Shown: positions 22,750-36,100 of the stretch, one piece after another
Numbering within the stretch: the stretch's first letter is position 1
Layout: the number at the start of each line of letters is the position of its first letter
From: Macrostomum lignano
Taxonomy: Eukaryota
Reading direction: 5' to 3'
DNA: 64,000 nucleotides
NCBI GenBank assembly: GCA_002269645.1
Contig: NIVC01000876.1
Span: 124,001-188,000, forward strand
Notes under the pieces: model-generated
What the model was told of the DNA's origin: nothing
Database searches by the model: none
What the model saw: the letters and a program-made list of their open reading frames with translations, nothing else
Translations under genes and position numbers: made by a program

Positions 22750-23412
22750 TCACTTCTCCTTCTTAGCCCTGGCAGGCCTGCCGCTCGGCTTGCCGCTTGG
22801 AGCCTCCGCGCGCCCCTGCTGAGCGGTCAGCTTGGGCAGGTAGTGGTCGCACACCTGCTTGCACACGATGGAGCCGAGCATGAAGGCGGACACGAAGCAG
22901 GCGTACCAGGCTGTGCCAGTCACCTGCTTGCTGAACCAGTCGGACCACATGCCGCTAGCCAGGGCGGCGCAGGCGCAGGTGAACATGAAGGTGCCGCTGG
23001 TGGCGTGGTACAGCTTCATGTCAGCGGGCCGGACTCCGCCCAGCTTCAGCCGGGTGCACACGCCGCCAATGCACTGCAGCAGCAGGTAGATGTTGCACAG
23101 GGCGCCGATCCACGAGTGCCAGCTGGTCAGGTGCGGCCGGCCCTTCTCCTCCTTGCTGCGCCACACGAAGTAGCCGCCGGTTAAGGAGGCGCCCAGGGCC
23201 GCCCAGTTCAGCAAGGCGTGCGCGGTGGTCTGGCGTTCCCGGTTGCCCGCGAACAAAGACGACTGGCGGTTGAAGGACAGCACGCCTTGGAACAGCAGCA
23301 GGCCGAAGGCGACCGACATGAGGGTTGGGTGCCAGCTGAATAGGCTGCTGCCCGGCTGGGCGATGTACACCAGGAAGCCCACCAGCAGGATGCACAGGAA
23401 GTGCGACACCAT
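22750..23412 (-). CDS. CYB561D2: Cytochrome b561 domain-containing protein (CYB561D1/D2 type), about 220 aa
   Basis: PGSSLFSWHPTLMS..H..HLTSWHSWIG..YHATSG gives four heme-ligand His in the family pattern. An extra short N-terminal exon is possible. Confidence 0.88.
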   Translation of the reverse strand: MVSHFLCILLVGFLVYIAQPGSSLFSWHPTLMSVAFGLLLFQGVLSFNRQSSLFAGNRERQTTAHALLNWAALGASLTGGYFVWRSKEEKGRPHLTSWHSWIGALCNIYLLLQCIGGVCTRLKLGGVRPADMKLYHATSGTFMFTCACAALASGMWSDWFSKQVTGTAWYACFVSAFMLGSIVCKQVCDHYLPKLTAQQGRAEAPSGKPSGRPARAKKEK

Positions 23413-23467
23413 GGCTGCGGGATCGGTGAGGCAGATTGGCTGCGGTTGAAGTTGAAGGCTGCGCGGG

Positions 23468-25625
23468 GCAACTGAGGATCTGGGAGGCTAGCCCAGCGAC
23501 TGAGGATCTGGGTGCCTGGCCCAGCAACTGAGGATCTGGGAGGCTGGCCCAGCAACTGAGGATCTGGGAGGCTGGCCCTGAAACTGACACTCTGGGAGGC
23601 TGGCCCTGCAACTGGGGATCTGGGAGACTGGCCCAGCAACTGGGGATATGGGAGGCTGGCCCAGCAACTGAGGATCTGGGAGGCTGGCCCTGCAACTGAC
23701 ACTCTGGGAGGCTGGCCCAGCAACTGAGGATCTGGGAGGCTGGCTCAGCAACTGACACTCTGGGAGGCTGGCTCAGCAACTGACACTTTGGAAGGCTGGC
23801 CCAGCAACTGACACTCTGGGAGGCTGGCCCAGCAACTGAGGATCTGGGAGGCTGGCCCAGCAACTGAGGATCTGGGTGCCTGGCCAAGAGACTGAGGATC
23901 TGGGAGGCTGGCCCTGAAACTGACACTCTGGGAGGCTGACCCAGCAACTGACACTCTGGGAGGCTGGCCCAGCAACTGACACTCTGGGAGGCTGGCCCAG
24001 CAACTGAGGATCTGGGAGGCTGGCCCTGAAACTGACACTCTGGGAGGCTGGCCCAGCAACTGAGGATCTGGGAGGCTGGCCCTGCAACTGACACTCTGGG
24101 AGGCTGGCCCAGCAACTGAGGATCTGGGAGGCTGGCTCAGCAACTGACACTCTGGGAGGCTGGCTCAGCAACTGACACTTTGGAAGGCTGGCCCAGCAAC
24201 TGACACTCTGGGAGGCTGGCCCAGCAACTGAGGATCTGGGAGGCTGGCCCAGCAACTGAGGATCTGGGTGCCTGGCCAAGAGACTGAGGATCTGGGAGGC
24301 TGGCCCTGAAACTGACACTCTGGGAGGCTGACCCAGCAACTGAGGATCTGGGAGGCTGGCCCAGCGACTGAGGATCTGGGTGCCTGGCCCAGCAACTGAG
24401 GATCTGGGAGGCTGGCCCTGAAACTGACACTCTGGGAGGCTGGCCCTGCAACTGGGGATCTGGGAGACTGGCCCAGCAACTGGGGATATGGGAGGCTGGC
24501 CCAGCAACTGAGGATCTGGGAGGCTGGCCCTGCAACTGACACTCTGGGAGGCTGGCCCAGCAACTGAGGATCTGGGAGGCTGGCTCAGCAACTGACACTC
24601 TGGGAGGCTGGCTCAGCAACTGACACTTTGGAAGGCTGGCCCAGCAACTGACACTCTGGGAGGCTGGCCCAGCAACTGAGGATCTGGGAGGCTGGCCCAG
24701 CAACTGAGGATCTGGGTGCCTGGCCAAGAGACTGAGGATCTGGGAGGCTGGCCCTGAAACTGACACTCTGGGAGGCTGACCCAGCAACTGAGGATCTGGG
24801 AGGCTGGCCCAGCAACTGACACTCTGGGAGGCTGGCCCAGCAACTGAGGATCTGGGAGGCTGGCCCAGCAACTGAGGATCTGGGAAGCTGGCCCAGCAAC
24901 TGAGGATCTGGGTGCCTGGCCAAGAGACTGAGGATCTGGGAGGCTGGCCCTGAAACTGACACTCTGGGAGGCTGACCCAGCAACTGAGGATCTGGGAGGC
25001 TGGCCCAGCAACTGAGGATCTGGGAGGCTAGCCCAGCAACTGAGGATCTGGGAGGCTGGCCCTGCAACTGGGGATCTGGGAGGCTGGCCCAGCAACTGGG
25101 GATCTGGGAGGCTGGCCCAGCAACTGAGGATCTGGGAGGCTGGCCCTGCAACTGACACTCTGGGAGGCTGGCCCTGCAACTGGGGATCTGGGAGGCTGGC
25201 CCAGCAACTGAGGATCTGGGAGGCTGGCTCAGCAACTGACACTCTGGGAGGCTGGCTCTGCAACTGACACTTTGGGAGGCTGGCCCAGCAACTGACACTC
25301 TGGGAGGCTGGCTCAGCAACTGACACTCTGGGAGGCTGGCCCAGCAACTGACACTCTGGGAGGTTGGCTCAGCAACTGACACTCTGGGAGGCTGGCTCAG
25401 CAACTGATACTCTGGGAGGCTGGCCCAGCAACTGACACTCTGGGAGACTGGCTCAGCAACTGACACTCTGGGAGGCTGGCCCAGCAACTGACACTTTGGG
25501 AGACTGGCTCAGCAACTGACACTCTGGGAGACTGGCTCAGCAACTGACACTCTGGGAGACTGGCTCAGCAACTGACACTCTGGGAGACTGGCCTGGCGAC
25601 TGGGAAACTGGTAGCCCAGCAACTA
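23468..25625 (-). repeat. 28-bp minisatellite (about 75 copies, two unit types, higher-order block duplications)
   Basis: Plus-strand units CAGCAACTGAGGATCTGGGAGGCTGGCC and CAGCAACTGACACTCTGGGAGGCTGGCC. The marker variant GTGCCTGGCCAAGAG at 23876, 24268, 24716 and 24912 is spaced by 14, 16 and 7 units. Confidence 0.97.
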
Positions 25626-26583
25626 AATGAGAAACAGTGAGACAAACAATCTGAGTGACAAAGTGTCAGAAAAGATGTCAGCGGCATATAGCATAAAGAC
25701 ACATTTAATATCTGGGCAGTCGTGGTGAGCTGTGTAGGCATGCTAATCCACAATATCAGTGCATAAGCAGTGTGAAGAGCAAAGTAAAGAGGCGCCGCCG
25801 CAGCGGGTACATCAGAGTAAGACAGGGTATAACAAAGAGAATGAGTAAAGAATGGCATGCATAGCGCATTTGCACAATGCCCGTGAGGTGAGTTTAGTAG
25901 AGAATATTACAGCTAAGGAGAAATTGTACACAAAAATAGCTACAGACAGAAGCAATAAAACTGAATAAATCGTGAAAAATGAGGCCACAAGCTGGTTGTC
26001 AAATCATAGCGAACTTGATTTCACTTCCATTCTACTGGCAGTAGCATTATAAAAGCCACCTTACTCTCTTATTGTGGTTAGAAAAGGAAAAAGACTGTAA
26101 AAAATGGACAATAGACAGGTGAAAGTAAAAAAACTGATAAAATCAGGTATTGAACGGATTAGACTATGGAACTGGTTGTATCACAATGCAATAAAAAGTT
26201 TATTAAGTAGAGTTTAAGAACAGTAGAGGCAGCTACGTGACGCGAATAACACAAGGACTACTACTATCAGTAGTCTGACTGGACTTTCACCAGGTCAGCG
26301 AGTTCGAATTCCGGTGCATTCTAGTCGAAATATTTCGGCCTTCAAAACAATTCCTAGAAACTAAAAACGTCTCTTATCTTAATTTTATTGGTCCCTGCAA
26401 TCAATGTCGAGATAATTTGGAAAGGCACGAACAGAGAGACTGCATGCTGGGTGAGACTGAGAAATAATCAGTCAGATTCTGATTCCCGATATGTTGTGTA
26501 GACCACTTTTTTGAAATTCAGATACAAACAGGGAAGAATTTTTTCTTGCTGTATTCATGTTTAAATTCTCGGCTCTTTCGTAC

Positions 26584-26975
26584 GGGGAATTCCCCGGTTA
26601 GGTAGGTGGGCTAGGAATTCCTTGGCATGGGGAATTCCCCGGTTAGGTAGGTGGGCTAGGAATTCCTTGGCATGGGGAATTCCCCAGTTAGGTAGGTGGG
26701 CTTGGAATTCCTTGGCATGGGGAATTCCCCGGTTAGGTAGGTGGGCTTGGAATTCCTTGGCATGGGGAATTCCCCAGTTAGGTAGGTGGGCTTGGAATTC
26801 CTTGGCATGGGGAATTCCCCAGTTAGGTAGGTGGGCTTGGAATTCCTTGGCACATGGAATTCCCCGGTTAGGTAGGTGGGCTAGGAATTCCTTGGCATGG
26901 GGAATTCCCCAGTTAGGTAGGTGGGCTTGGAATTCCTTGGCATGGGGAATTCCCCGGTTAGGTAGGTGGGCTATG
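26584..26975. repeat. 45-bp minisatellite, 9 copies, with palindromes GGGGAATTCCCC and GGAATTCC
   Basis: Unit GGGGAATTCCCCGGTTAGGTAGGTGGGCTAGGAATTCCTTGGCAT; period 45 (26584/26629). Confidence 0.95.
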
Positions 26976-27198
26976 AGCTTCTTGCAACGGGGAAAGCAAT
27001 TAATCGATACTGCAGGTAATCTCGGTGAGGGGGACATTATTTGTGTAGGAAAGAGAATTCCTCTGTAGGGAATATAATTCCTTTTTAAGCAGAAATTCTG
27101 AGTAGGGGGAATTCCCCAGCTAGTTTGAAGAGTGCAAAAAGTCAAGGCAGCCATGACAGACAGACAGTTTCAGACCCGACTTCAGCCGGGCCATCGGC

Positions 27199-30100
27199 TC
27201 AGAACAGCACAGGCGAGGCCGCCCCGTTGTTGTCGGCGTCTCCGGTGGTGGCCACCTGCAGGGAGGCTGGCGCTGCCGGCCCCGCCTTGTTGACCTGGCC
27301 GCCTTCGCCCAGGCCGGCGAAGCTGTCGCTGTCTGGCGGCACTATCACGTCAGTGTCCTCCTGGCCGCCGGAGTACAGGTCCCGCTGCACAGCGGCCTGA
27401 GTCAGCTGCTCGGTGGTGGTAAGCAGGCGGGCCAGCGGCAGGCAGCAGCCGCTGCAGGTCTCCGTGAGCAGCGGCCGGGCGTTGGTGAGCAGCGGCTTCA
27501 CGAAACTGCGGTGGAAATGCGGAGATGTGAGGGCTCATGAGGCAGATTCTCAAGGACTGAGGCAGTGGAGAGGCAGATTCTCAAGGACTGAGGGAGCGGA
27601 GAGGCAGATTCTCAAGGACTGAGGGAGCGGAGAGGCAGATTCTCAAGGACTGAGGCAGCGGAGAGGCAGATTCTCAAGGACTGAGGCAGCGGAGAGGCAG
27701 ATTCTCAAGGACTGAGGCAGCGGAGAGGCAGATTCTCAAGGACTGAGGCAGCAGAGAGGCAGATTCTCAAGGACTGAGGGAGCGGAGAGGCAGATTCTCA
27801 AGGACTGAGGGAGCGGAGAGGCAGATTCTCAAGGACTGAGGGAGCGGAGAGGCAGATTCTCAAGGACTGAGGCAGCAGAGAGGCAGATTCTCAAGGACTG
27901 AGGCAGCGGAGAGGCAGATTCTCAAGGACTGAGGCAGCGGAGAGGCAGATTCTCAAGGACTGAGGGAGCGGAGAGGCAGATTCTCAAGGACTGAGGGAGC
28001 GGAGAGGCAGATTCTCAAGGACTGAGGCAGCGGAGAGGCAGATTCTGAGGTAGCAAACATAAAAAGCTCACTTCTTGTCAATCTTCCGCCATCCCAATGC
28101 AATGCAAGACCTGTCGCGCAGGCTTGGCTGGGAAGCCGCCTGTAAAAAATAAAAAATATGAAATTGCAGAGACAGACTAAACATTGGCATGACAAAAAAC
28201 TCAAAGAAATCGCAGTTACGAACCTCCCCTGTGGAGTCTTGCCGGTCAAGACGCTGACGATTTGGTTCCTCGTCAACTCCAACTCTGCGATGCGAGTGAA
28301 TATAAATTATGAGCGCGCAATGGTTAACAGTCATTGAGCATGGTACACACAGTATGCTCTTATGTACACTCAAATTCAGGACAGCTTGTGGAGATGTACA
28401 GAAGTGTACAGATGTATAATTGTACAGATGTATAATTGTACAGATGTATAAGTGTACAGGTGTACAAGTGTCGCTTAGTTTTTCCAACGCCACCTGCAGG
28501 AAGTGACCGAGGGACACGAGACTGCAAGCAGAAGGACCCCCTCCCGGCCGCAGGCTTACTCAATGTGCATCCACTGCAGCATCTGGGTGGTGAGGCCACC
28601 GCACACCAGCACGGTGATCATGACCAGGATGAGAGTGGTAGAGAAGATGATCTTCCTGGCATCCGATGAGGTGTTCCGAATGGCCAGGGCGAACGCCATG
28701 GCGCCCCGCAGGCCGGAGAAGGCCAGCACGTGCATCCGGGTGAGCCCGATGGCGCAGCCGCTGCGCCTGCGGCCAATATTGGCCAGGCTGCACAGGGGGT
28801 AGACGCACAGCACCCTGCCGATGATCATAGCCAGGAATCCCGCCACAATGAACACCGGGTCCCACAGGTGCGAGCTGTAGGTGAACACGCTGACCCCGAT
28901 GTACACAAAGGTGAAATTTTCAGCTAGAAAATTCAACAGGCCAAAGAATGACATTGTGGTGGCCTTTGACTCGTCAGACAGGTTGTTATAGGTGTAGTGC
29001 GCCTGGCAGATGCCGCAGAACAGCACGGCCACAATGCCGGTGCTCTTCACCGCCTCGGCCGCCAGGAAGGTGCTGTAGCTCATCAGCACGAACAGGCTGG
29101 TCTCCAGCAGCGGGTGCTCGCGGACCTGGGCAATGGGTGAGCCAGGCTTTGAATTTGAAATAGTAGAAACCCAGATAGTGGCCTCTGGAACCTGCTCATA
29201 ATCAACTTTTCGGATCCCGCATTTTTAAATCCCACAGTGGGATCAGTAGCCTTATTCTTCCGAAATCCTCACAGTGGGATCAGTAGCCTGATTCTCCTGA
29301 AATCCTCAGTGGGATCAGTAGCCTTATTCTCCCGAAATCCTCACAGTGGGATCAGTAGCCTGATTCTCCTGAAATCCTCAGTGGGATCAGTAGCCTTATT
29401 CTCCCGAAATCCTCACAGTGGGATCAGTAGCCTGATTCTCCTGAAATCCTCAGTGGGATCAGTAGCCTTATTCTCCCGAAATCCTCACAGTGGGATCAGT
29501 AGCATGATTCTCCCGAAATCCTCACAGTGGGATCAGTAGCATGATTCTCCTGAAATCCTCACAGTGGGATCAGTAGCATGATTCTCATGAAATCCAACAG
29601 TGGAATCAGTAGCATTGTTCTCCCAAATCTTCAGTGGGATCAGTAATGACTCTACAATGGGATCAGTGATGACTCTTGAAGAAATCCCACAGTGGGATCG
29701 GAAATGACTCTTGAAGAAATCCCACAGTGGGATCAGGAATGGCTTATAGAAATCCCACAGTGGGATCAGAAATGACTTATAGAAATCCCACAGTGGGATC
29801 AGAGATGACTTATAGAAATCCCACAGTGGGATCAGAGATGACTTATAGAAATCCCACAGTGGGATCAGAAATGGCTTATAGAAATCCCACAGTGGGATCA
29901 GAGATGACTTATAGAAATCCCACAGTGGGATCAGAAATGGCTTATAGAAATCCCACAGTGGGATCAGAGATGACTTATAGAAATCCCACAGTGGGATCAG
30001 AGATGACTCTTCTCTTTCCAAAGCGCTCACCCGAGACTCACCTGCGTGAACTTGGTGATGAGGGCGGTGAGGCAGCCCAGCAGGCAGCCGATGCCGATGG

Positions 30101-33100
30101 CGCCAAGAAACACCCCGGCGAAGCTGCCGATGGCCTTCAGCACGGAGATGGCGGCGGTCTCTCCGGCCGCCGCGGCCGAACCGTAGGTCTCGATAGACTC
30201 GGACAGCACTATGGCAACGGCGTCGTTAAGGACGCTTTCGCCGAATACGAGAGCGTAGAGATCGGGCTCGACGCGGAGGTCGCTGAATATTGCCAGGATG
30301 GTGACTGGAAGGATGCGATGAAAACAAAGGCTTGCCTGACTTGACAGCACATCAGATGCCGATGGCAAAGAAGCTGTTTTTAAAAAATTCTCACCCGGAT
30401 CGGTGGCCGATATGAAGGCGCCGAACAGGAGGCACTCGCTGAGGCTGACGATCGAGGCGAGCCTGGCGCTGGCCCGGCTGATGCCGAATGTCACGCCGCT
30501 GCGGGATTTCAACGGCGATTTGGGAGAACAGTTGGGATCTGGGATGAGGCAGACTCGATGGCAGGGGTTTGCAGAAGAGAGATAGGATAAGAGAAGGGAT
30601 TAGAGAAAAGATAAATGAGGGAGAGAAGAGAGGAGGGAGAAGGGAAAAGAGAGCAGACAGAGGAGAGGGGAGAGAAAGCTTAGAAGAGACATAAACCTTG
30701 AGCAGACCGGGTCGGTTGCTATTGTGAACTTTCAAAAGTCAGGAGGGTTGAAGTTTTCCAACCCCTGCTCTATGGGGATCAGGGATGAGGGAGTCTATAT
30801 GGGGATCAGGGATGAGGGAGTCTATATAGGGATCAGGGATCAGGGAGTCTATATGGGGATCAGGGATGAGGGAGTCTATATGGGGATCAGGGATGAGGGA
30901 GTCTATATGGGGATCAGGGATGAGGGAGTCTATATGGGGATCAGGGATCAGGGAGTCTATATGGGGATCAGGGATGAGCGAGTCTATATGGGGATCAGGG
31001 ATGAGGGAGTCTATATGGAGATCAGGGATGAGGGAGTCTATATGGGGATCAGGGATGAGCGAGTCTATATGGGGATCAGGGATGAGGGAGTCTATATGGG
31101 GATCAGGGATGAGGGTGTCTATATGGGGATCAGGGATGAGGGAGTCTATATGGGGATCAGGGATGAGGGAGTCTATATGGGGATCAGGGATGAGGGTGTC
31201 TATATGGGGATCAGGGATGAGGGAGTCTATATGGGGATCAGGGATGAGGGAGTCTATATGGGGATCAGGGATGAGGGAGTCTATATGGGGATCAGGGATG
31301 AGGGAGTCTATATGGGGATCAGGGATGAGGGAGTCTATATGGGGATCAGGGATGAGGGAGTCTATATGGGGATCAGGGATGAGGGAGTCTATATGGGGAT
31401 CAGGGATGAGGGAGTATTGCAAATCTGGAGTCAATTTATGAAATCAAAGGGAGTCTATATGGGGATCAGGGATGAGGGTGTCTATATGGGGATCAGGGAT
31501 GAGGGAGTCTATATGGGGATCAGGGATGAGGGAGTCTATATGGGGATCAGGGATGAGGGAGTCTATATGGGGATCAGGGATGAGGGAGTCTATATGGAGA
31601 TCAGGGATGAGGGAGTATTGCAAATCTGGAGTCAATTTATGAAATCAAAGGGAGTCTATATGGGGATCAGGGATGAGGGAGTCTATATGGGGATCAGGGA
31701 TGAGGGTGTCTATATGGGGATCAGGGATGAGGGAGTCTATATGGGGATCAGGGATGAGGGAGTCTATATGGGGATCAGGGATGAGGGTGTCTATATGGAG
31801 ATCAGGGATGAGGGAGTCTATATGGGGATCAGGGATGAGGGTGTCTATATGGGGATCAGGGATGAGGGAGTCTATATGGGGATCAGGGATGAGGGTGTCC
31901 ATATGGGGATCAGGGATGAGGGTGTCTATATGGGGATCAGGGATGAGCGAGTCTATATGGGGATCAGGGATGAGGGAGTCTATATGGGGATCAGGAATGA
32001 GGGAGTCTATATGGGGATCAGGGATGAGGGAGTCTATATGGGGATCAGGGATGATGGTGCCTATATGGGGATCAGGGATGAGGGAGTCTATATGGGGATC
32101 AGGGATGAGGGAGTCTATATGGGGATCAGGGATGAGGGAGTCTATATGGGGATTAGGGATGAGGGAGTGTATATGGGGATCAGGGATGATGGTGTCTATA
32201 TGGGGATCAGGGATGAGGGAGTGTATATGGGGATCAGGGTCAGGGATGATGGTGTCTATATGGGGATCAGGGATGATGGTGCCTATATGGGGATCAGGGA
32301 TGAGGGAGTATTGCAAATCTGGAGTCAATTTATGAAATCAAAGATGCAGTTCAAAAGTGACAGATCAGATGAAATCCAAGAAACATGGGTTGCTGAACTC
32401 ACCCGATAACAAAGCACGATATGGTGGTGCCAAGAAATGCCAGCATCAGAATCGAGCCAATATTGCGAAAGAAGTGTTTCTGGAACAATAATGTGGGCTT
32501 TAAATTTATTGCTTGTAAAAGCTGTAAGCATAATCTGATCAATGACGTTTTGAAAGCCTCATAGTGAGATTGGGGTCATGCGATGGGATTTAAGGGACCT
32601 GCAAGCGTAGTGTCATGAAGGCAGATTGGGGACGTCATGAAGCTACATTGGGGACGCCAGGAAGGCACATTGGAAACATCATGAAGCCACATTGGGGACG
32701 CCAGGAAGGCACATTGGAAACATCATGAAGGCACATTGGGGACGTCATGAAGGGACATTGGAAACATCATGAAGGCACATTGGAAACATCATGAAGGCAC
32801 ATTGGGGACGTCATGAAGGGACATTGGAAACATCATGAAGGCACATTGGAAACATCATGAAGGCACATTGGGGACGTCATGAAGCTACATTGGGGACGCC
32901 AGGAAGGCACATTGGAAACATCGTGAAGGCACATTGGGGACGTCATGAAGGGACATTGGAAACATCATGAAGCCACATTGGGGACGTCATGAAGGCACAT
33001 TGGAAACATCATGAAGGCGCATTGGGGACGTCATGAATGGACATTGGAAACATCATGAAGCCACATTGGGGACGTCATGAAGGGACATTGGAAACATCAT

Positions 33101-36100
33101 GAAGGCACATTGGGGACGTCATGAAGGCACATTGGAAACATCGTGAAGGCACATTGGGGACGTCATGAAGGGACATTGGAAACATCATGAAGGCACATTG
33201 GGGACGTCATGAAGGCACATTGGGGACGTCATGAATGGACATTGGAAACATCATGAAGGCACATTGGGGACGTCATGAAGGGACATTGGAAACATCATGA
33301 AGCCACATTGGGGACGTCATGAAGGGACATTGGAAACATCATGAAGGCACATTGGGGACGTCATGAAGGGACATTGGAAACATCATGAAGCCACATTGGG
33401 GACGTCATGAAGGGACATTGGAAACATCATGAAGGCACATTGGGGACGTCATGAAGGGACATTGGAAACATCATGAAGCCACATTGGGGACGTCATGAAG
33501 GCACATTGGAAACATCATGAAGCCACATTGGGGACGTCATGAAGGCACATTGGAAACATCGTGAAGGCACATTGGGGACGTCATGAAGGCACATTGGAAA
33601 CATCGTGAAGGCACATTGGGGACGTCATGAAGGCACATTGGAAACATCGTGAAGGCACATTGGGGACGTCATGAAGGCACATTGGAAACATCGTGAAGGC
33701 ACATTGGGGACGTCATGAAGGCACATTGGAAACATCATGAAGCCACATTGGGGACGTCATGAAGGGACATTGGAAACATCATGAAGGCACATTGGGGACG
33801 TCATGAAGGGACATTGGAAACATCATGAAGGCACATTGGGGACGCCATGGAGATGGGGATGCATGAAGATTGGGGACGCCATCCTCACCCTCTTCATGCT
33901 GAAGCCGGCAAAGAAGATGATGGGTGGCAGTATGAAGTTAAAAAACACTTCGGGATTAAACGTCGCCTTCTCGTCTAAAATCGGGGCGTTGATATCGTTG
34001 CCATAGAGACGCCGCTTATAATCGTACTCGTAGATTTGCGATTCGTTCAGAACGGACATGTTGACGAGGACTTTCTCCGGCGGCAGCTTGTTAGACTGCT
34101 CGGGTGAGTCCTCGATAGAGATCATTGTGATGCTAGGCTGGTAGCTGGGAGAGCCGTAGCGAATGATAACGCCAACTATGAGACCTGGGTTGGAGATAGG
34201 ACAGAGTGTACTTTAGTTTTGAATCATTAGCCATGATGGCTGGGTTCATTTTTTCGGAGTAAATCCAATTGCTACGAGCTAGGTGGCACCTGGATGGGGT
34301 TCAAAATTCACTTTTCATTTTTAATTTAATGCTAACTTTGTAAGTCTATCTGAGACTTTTTTGTTAAGTAATTGTTAGTGATTCTCAATATCAATATAAA
34401 CTATCCTATGCCATTAAGTTTGTATATAGTCCACCACTGTCATTAATTGAATTAGTAGAAACAGAAATGATAAATTTCCATGTAATTCACGGCCTGCGAG
34501 CTCAGAGTGAATTTTATCTAGTACGGACAAGTGGGAGCACGAACTTTGCTATCTGAAAAGTTGCCAGCCGGGAAAGTTGCCAGTGGAGGAAATTTTCAGA
34601 AAGGAAAGTACCAGCTCTGAATTTGAATACCATAAATTCATCTCCAAACTTTCTCAGCTGGCAACTTTAAGTACACACATGAGTCAATGAACAGTTATTT
34701 CACCTTTTTTACATATCTATAGTGAACATCCACTGCTTAAAAACCAACTGCTACGGCATGAAATATTGTGGGTTTAAGGAAAATCGATTCTTAATAGCAA
34801 CGAGCATAGACACCTGTTTGAGTTTTCACTTTACATACATAAATTTTGACCAAATAAGACCAATTTAGCAGTAAAGATTGGTTATGAGTACTAGTCTGGC
34901 AGGAACAAGTTTTGAAACTCGTTACTTTCAAATTATTAACAGTAGCAAAATACGGCTAGCCGAAACGCCAGATAAAAAATCCACCAGAAGATCTTCGAGT
35001 AAGGAACTGGAACTGGTGCAGATAAAGGCGGACAATCCAACAAGCCGTCAGAGTTAACAAGCTAAGAACTGTCAATGAATGTCAAAAAAGATTCGCACCA
35101 GCGATACGCCCACTCGTGTGAACTCGACAGTCTTTTCTTTGATAGTCTATATATGCAAGTCTGATTTAAGATGCCATCTCCAATTAACAAAAACTCATAA
35201 GCCGACAGTAACCGAATTCGAAGAGCGCAACTCCAGTAACAAGTAAGTTTCGTCGACAATAATTTCCATTCTTCCTTTTTAAAAATAAAACGAATCAATA
35301 TTCTACACTCTACTCAATAGGTGAATAGTAGCACAGTAAGTGCAATATAACTATTTTGCATTCCAATTACTACGAATTCCAATTCACAGAATGAAGGCCG
35401 TCATTGCTCTGCTGTGCCTCGTGGCCGTGGCCTCCGCTGCATACACCCCCGCCCAGCGTGAGGAGGTCCTGGATGACCTCGTCCACGAGATTGTGCCCTT
35501 CTTGTCTGTGGACTGGAACTGCGTCAAGAACGCCGGCATCTCCAGCTCTATGTGCATCCTGAAAAACCTCATCAGCTGCGGCGTGGCCATCAAGCCACCG
35601 CTCATCGCTGTCTGCCTGGTTGCCAGCTGCGGCGGAGACGCTGCCAAGCTGGCGTACTGCATCAAGCTGTGAAGCTGGCAATGCCCCTTACATTGCTTTA
35701 AAAATAGTCGACTAAATATATATTAATTCGACAAGTACAGCTTATATTGCTGCTTTCGTCTTAAGCTTCTTTAATTATGATAACAATCGAAAATTCATGA
35801 TGACAGACTAATAGCATACAAATATCTCAATCTGAGCTACAATTTAGCTCGTAGTAAACCCTGAAAATGTTCAAATTTTCGGAGCTCATTTACGATGACT
35901 GATTAGTGTTCAATAAGTTCGCGAAAAAACACTTTTAAAATATTCTGGCACTAATTTTTTTCCACATATACCCCCATCTAATGAGACTTCTCAACGTAGT
36001 TTCCAGACAGATTGATGCATTTCTTCATCTAATGAAACCAATGCTGTAAAACAGTCCCTCAATTCCACCTGAGCTCTGCTCTCAGCTCCTCTTCGAGCTT

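Noticed and set aside
26265-26325. tRNA gene (B-box-like GAGTTCGAATTCC)
   Set aside because: No acceptor stem or cloverleaf could be built; at best a decayed SINE head.
30724-32409. 561-aa ORF (MGIRDEGVY)n and its antisense partners
   Set aside because: Translation of a 27-bp (multiple of 3) intronic minisatellite; no unique domain; lies within NHE intron 3.
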